From NCBI RefSeq assembly GCF_009914755.1, contig NC_060947.1: 64,000 nucleotides of DNA; one strand, 5' to 3'. Of this stretch, positions 61,252-64,000 are shown piece after piece. The position numbers and the translations under genes are program-made. The notes beneath the pieces are model-generated. The model was not told the origin of the DNA. It saw only the letters and a list, made by a program, of their open reading frames with translations, and ran no database searches. The first letter of the stretch is position 1; each line of letters begins with the position of its first letter. This DNA is from the human T2T-CHM13v2.0 reference genome, Homo sapiens.

Positions 61252-62782
61252 TAAAAGGGAGGGGGTAAATATGTCAGAGGCATTTGAACCAGAGAAACTC
61301 CATCTTGAATAGTCCCTGTGTAAAATAAGACTGAGACCTACTGGGATGCATTCCCAGGAGGTTAGGCATTCTAATTCACAGGATGAGATAAGAAGTCTCC
61401 ACAAGATACAGATTATAAAGATTTGGCTGATAAAACTGTTTGTGATAAAGAAGCTGGCCAAAACACACCAAAACCAAGATGCCAACAAAAGTGTCCTCTG
61501 GTTGTCCTCACTGCTCATTATATGCTAATTATAATGCATTAGCATGTTAAAAGACACTCCCACCAGTGCAATGACAATGTACAAATGCCTTGGCAACATC
61601 AAGAAGTTACCCTATATGGTTTAAAAATGGTAGGAACCCTCAGTTCTGGGAATTGCCCACCCCTTTTCTGGAAAACTCATGAATAATCCACCCCTTATTT
61701 AGCATATAATCAAGAAATAACTGGAAGTATCCTTAGTGAAGCAGGCCAAGCCACTACTCTTCCTATGGAGTAGACATTCTTTCATTAGTTAACTTTATTA
61801 ATAAACTTGCTTTCACTTTATGGATTCACCTCAAATTATTTCTTGCATGAGATCCAAGAACCCTTTCTTGGGGTCTGGATCTGGACTCCTTTACAGTAAC
61901 AATGAGATTTAAAAATATTATTTTAAGGAGCTCAATGGTTAAAAGTCAGCTTAATTAAAAGCTAACATCCAAGATGTGTGCATGTGTGTGTGTGTGTGTA
62001 CATGTGCACGTGTGTGTATGTTTGCATTAAAAGACTTTATGGTTTTTTTTCTCTCCTAAGACCTTGTCTCCTCTGAGCAGAAGTTTATTATTTTTTTCTC
62101 AGTTTATTGAATTTCATTGTCTTCATTTAGTTCTGCTGTCTCTGCTTTCTCTTGCCTCCGTCTGCTGCATGAGGGGCCTAAAACAGCTTATAATAGCCCA
62201 GGATTCACTGAAGAAAACAGACAAAGCACCAGACTCTTTTCTGGGGAGAAACTTGTTTTTCTTTATGGAACCCCGAGAGTGGGTAAAGAGAAAAGTTTGT
62301 CTCAGATCATAAAGTACTTGCTTTTGCATTGTGTTACCAGATTTTTTGACTAAAATAGTTATTGTAACGGAGGCTATTCTTGGGTACTTAAGAAAGAGGA
62401 TAGTTTAGACATTTAGAACGGTCTTTGTTAATGTTTTTAAAAGTGCACTGTAAAAGCATCATGTGGTCTAGCCTCATAATAATTCTCCCTGTCTGGAGAC
62501 CCAGGATTCAGTATGGGCCCTATCCAGAGCTCAGAGATACAGTTAAAAGATAGGTAGTCTCTATCTAAATACAACCGGTCTCCCCTTACAGTCCTATGAC
62601 GGATTTCTATAATTTTTATTTGGCATCCATTTTTAATCTCCCTCTAGCACCAGACTACTTCTCTCTGTACTATGAGATGTAAATGTCATTACCATATTTT
62701 TTTTAACGTAAGATTTCCTTTAATATGCAAGCTTAGGACTATCTAGCAGACAATTGCCTAGGGTAATAAAATAGTTTATTAA

Positions 62783-64000
<1,218 letters not shown>

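Larger units (their letters stand above)
56050..61901 (+). mobile_element. Complete non-coding MER41 provirus (MER41B-like LTRs 56050-56684 and 61272-61901) with 4 bp TSD
   Basis: Both LTRs run tgtcagagg...gtaaca. PBS-like tggcaaacca follows the 5' LTR. PPT aaaagggagggggt precedes the 3' LTR. TSD ATGA at 56046-56049 and 61902-61905. Confidence 0.93.
54611..62782 (+). mobile_element. MER4-type provirus: 5' LTR 54611-55054 (MER4A1-like), internal 55055-56049 and 61906-62782, 3'-truncated
   Basis: tgcaaaagaaaataaatc...aataaa...ggggttcaca, then a PBS-like tggtaacc. The internal sequence continues across the MER41 insertion (tggtaatga|gatttaaaaa). Confidence 0.8.

Overview
Primate, most likely human, non-genic DNA made almost entirely of nested retroelements. 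I see no host protein-coding exon, RNA gene or CRISPR array, and nearly all ORFs in the track are decayed ERV, L1 or Alu fragments or chance frames. From left to right: (1) a decayed gammaretrovirus-like provirus (1-9230) whose env is a paralogue of syncytin-2 (HERV-FRD/MER50-int family), with a THE1 element inserted in gag and no 3' LTR; (2) two opposed L1PA4/5-age elements (10052-17934); (3) a roughly 30 kb run of mostly + strand L1s of many ages, including a full-length TSD-flanked L1PA6/7-like copy nested in an older L1, plus Alus; (4) an LTR/ERV nest containing an old LTR-int, a young AluY, MER4-type elements and a complete MER41 provirus; (5) an L1M 5' end. I find no convincing new biological system. 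The best leads are the FRD env fossil that reads 41 codons past the syncytin-2 stop, an apparent twin-primed inverted Alu, a probable L1 insertion-mediated deletion with a short 3' transduction, a roughly 220 bp duplication bracketing 14 kb, and a very recent 3 x 228 bp tandem repeat. Family names and reference protein sequences are from memory of consensus sequences, not a database search, so subfamily calls are tentative.
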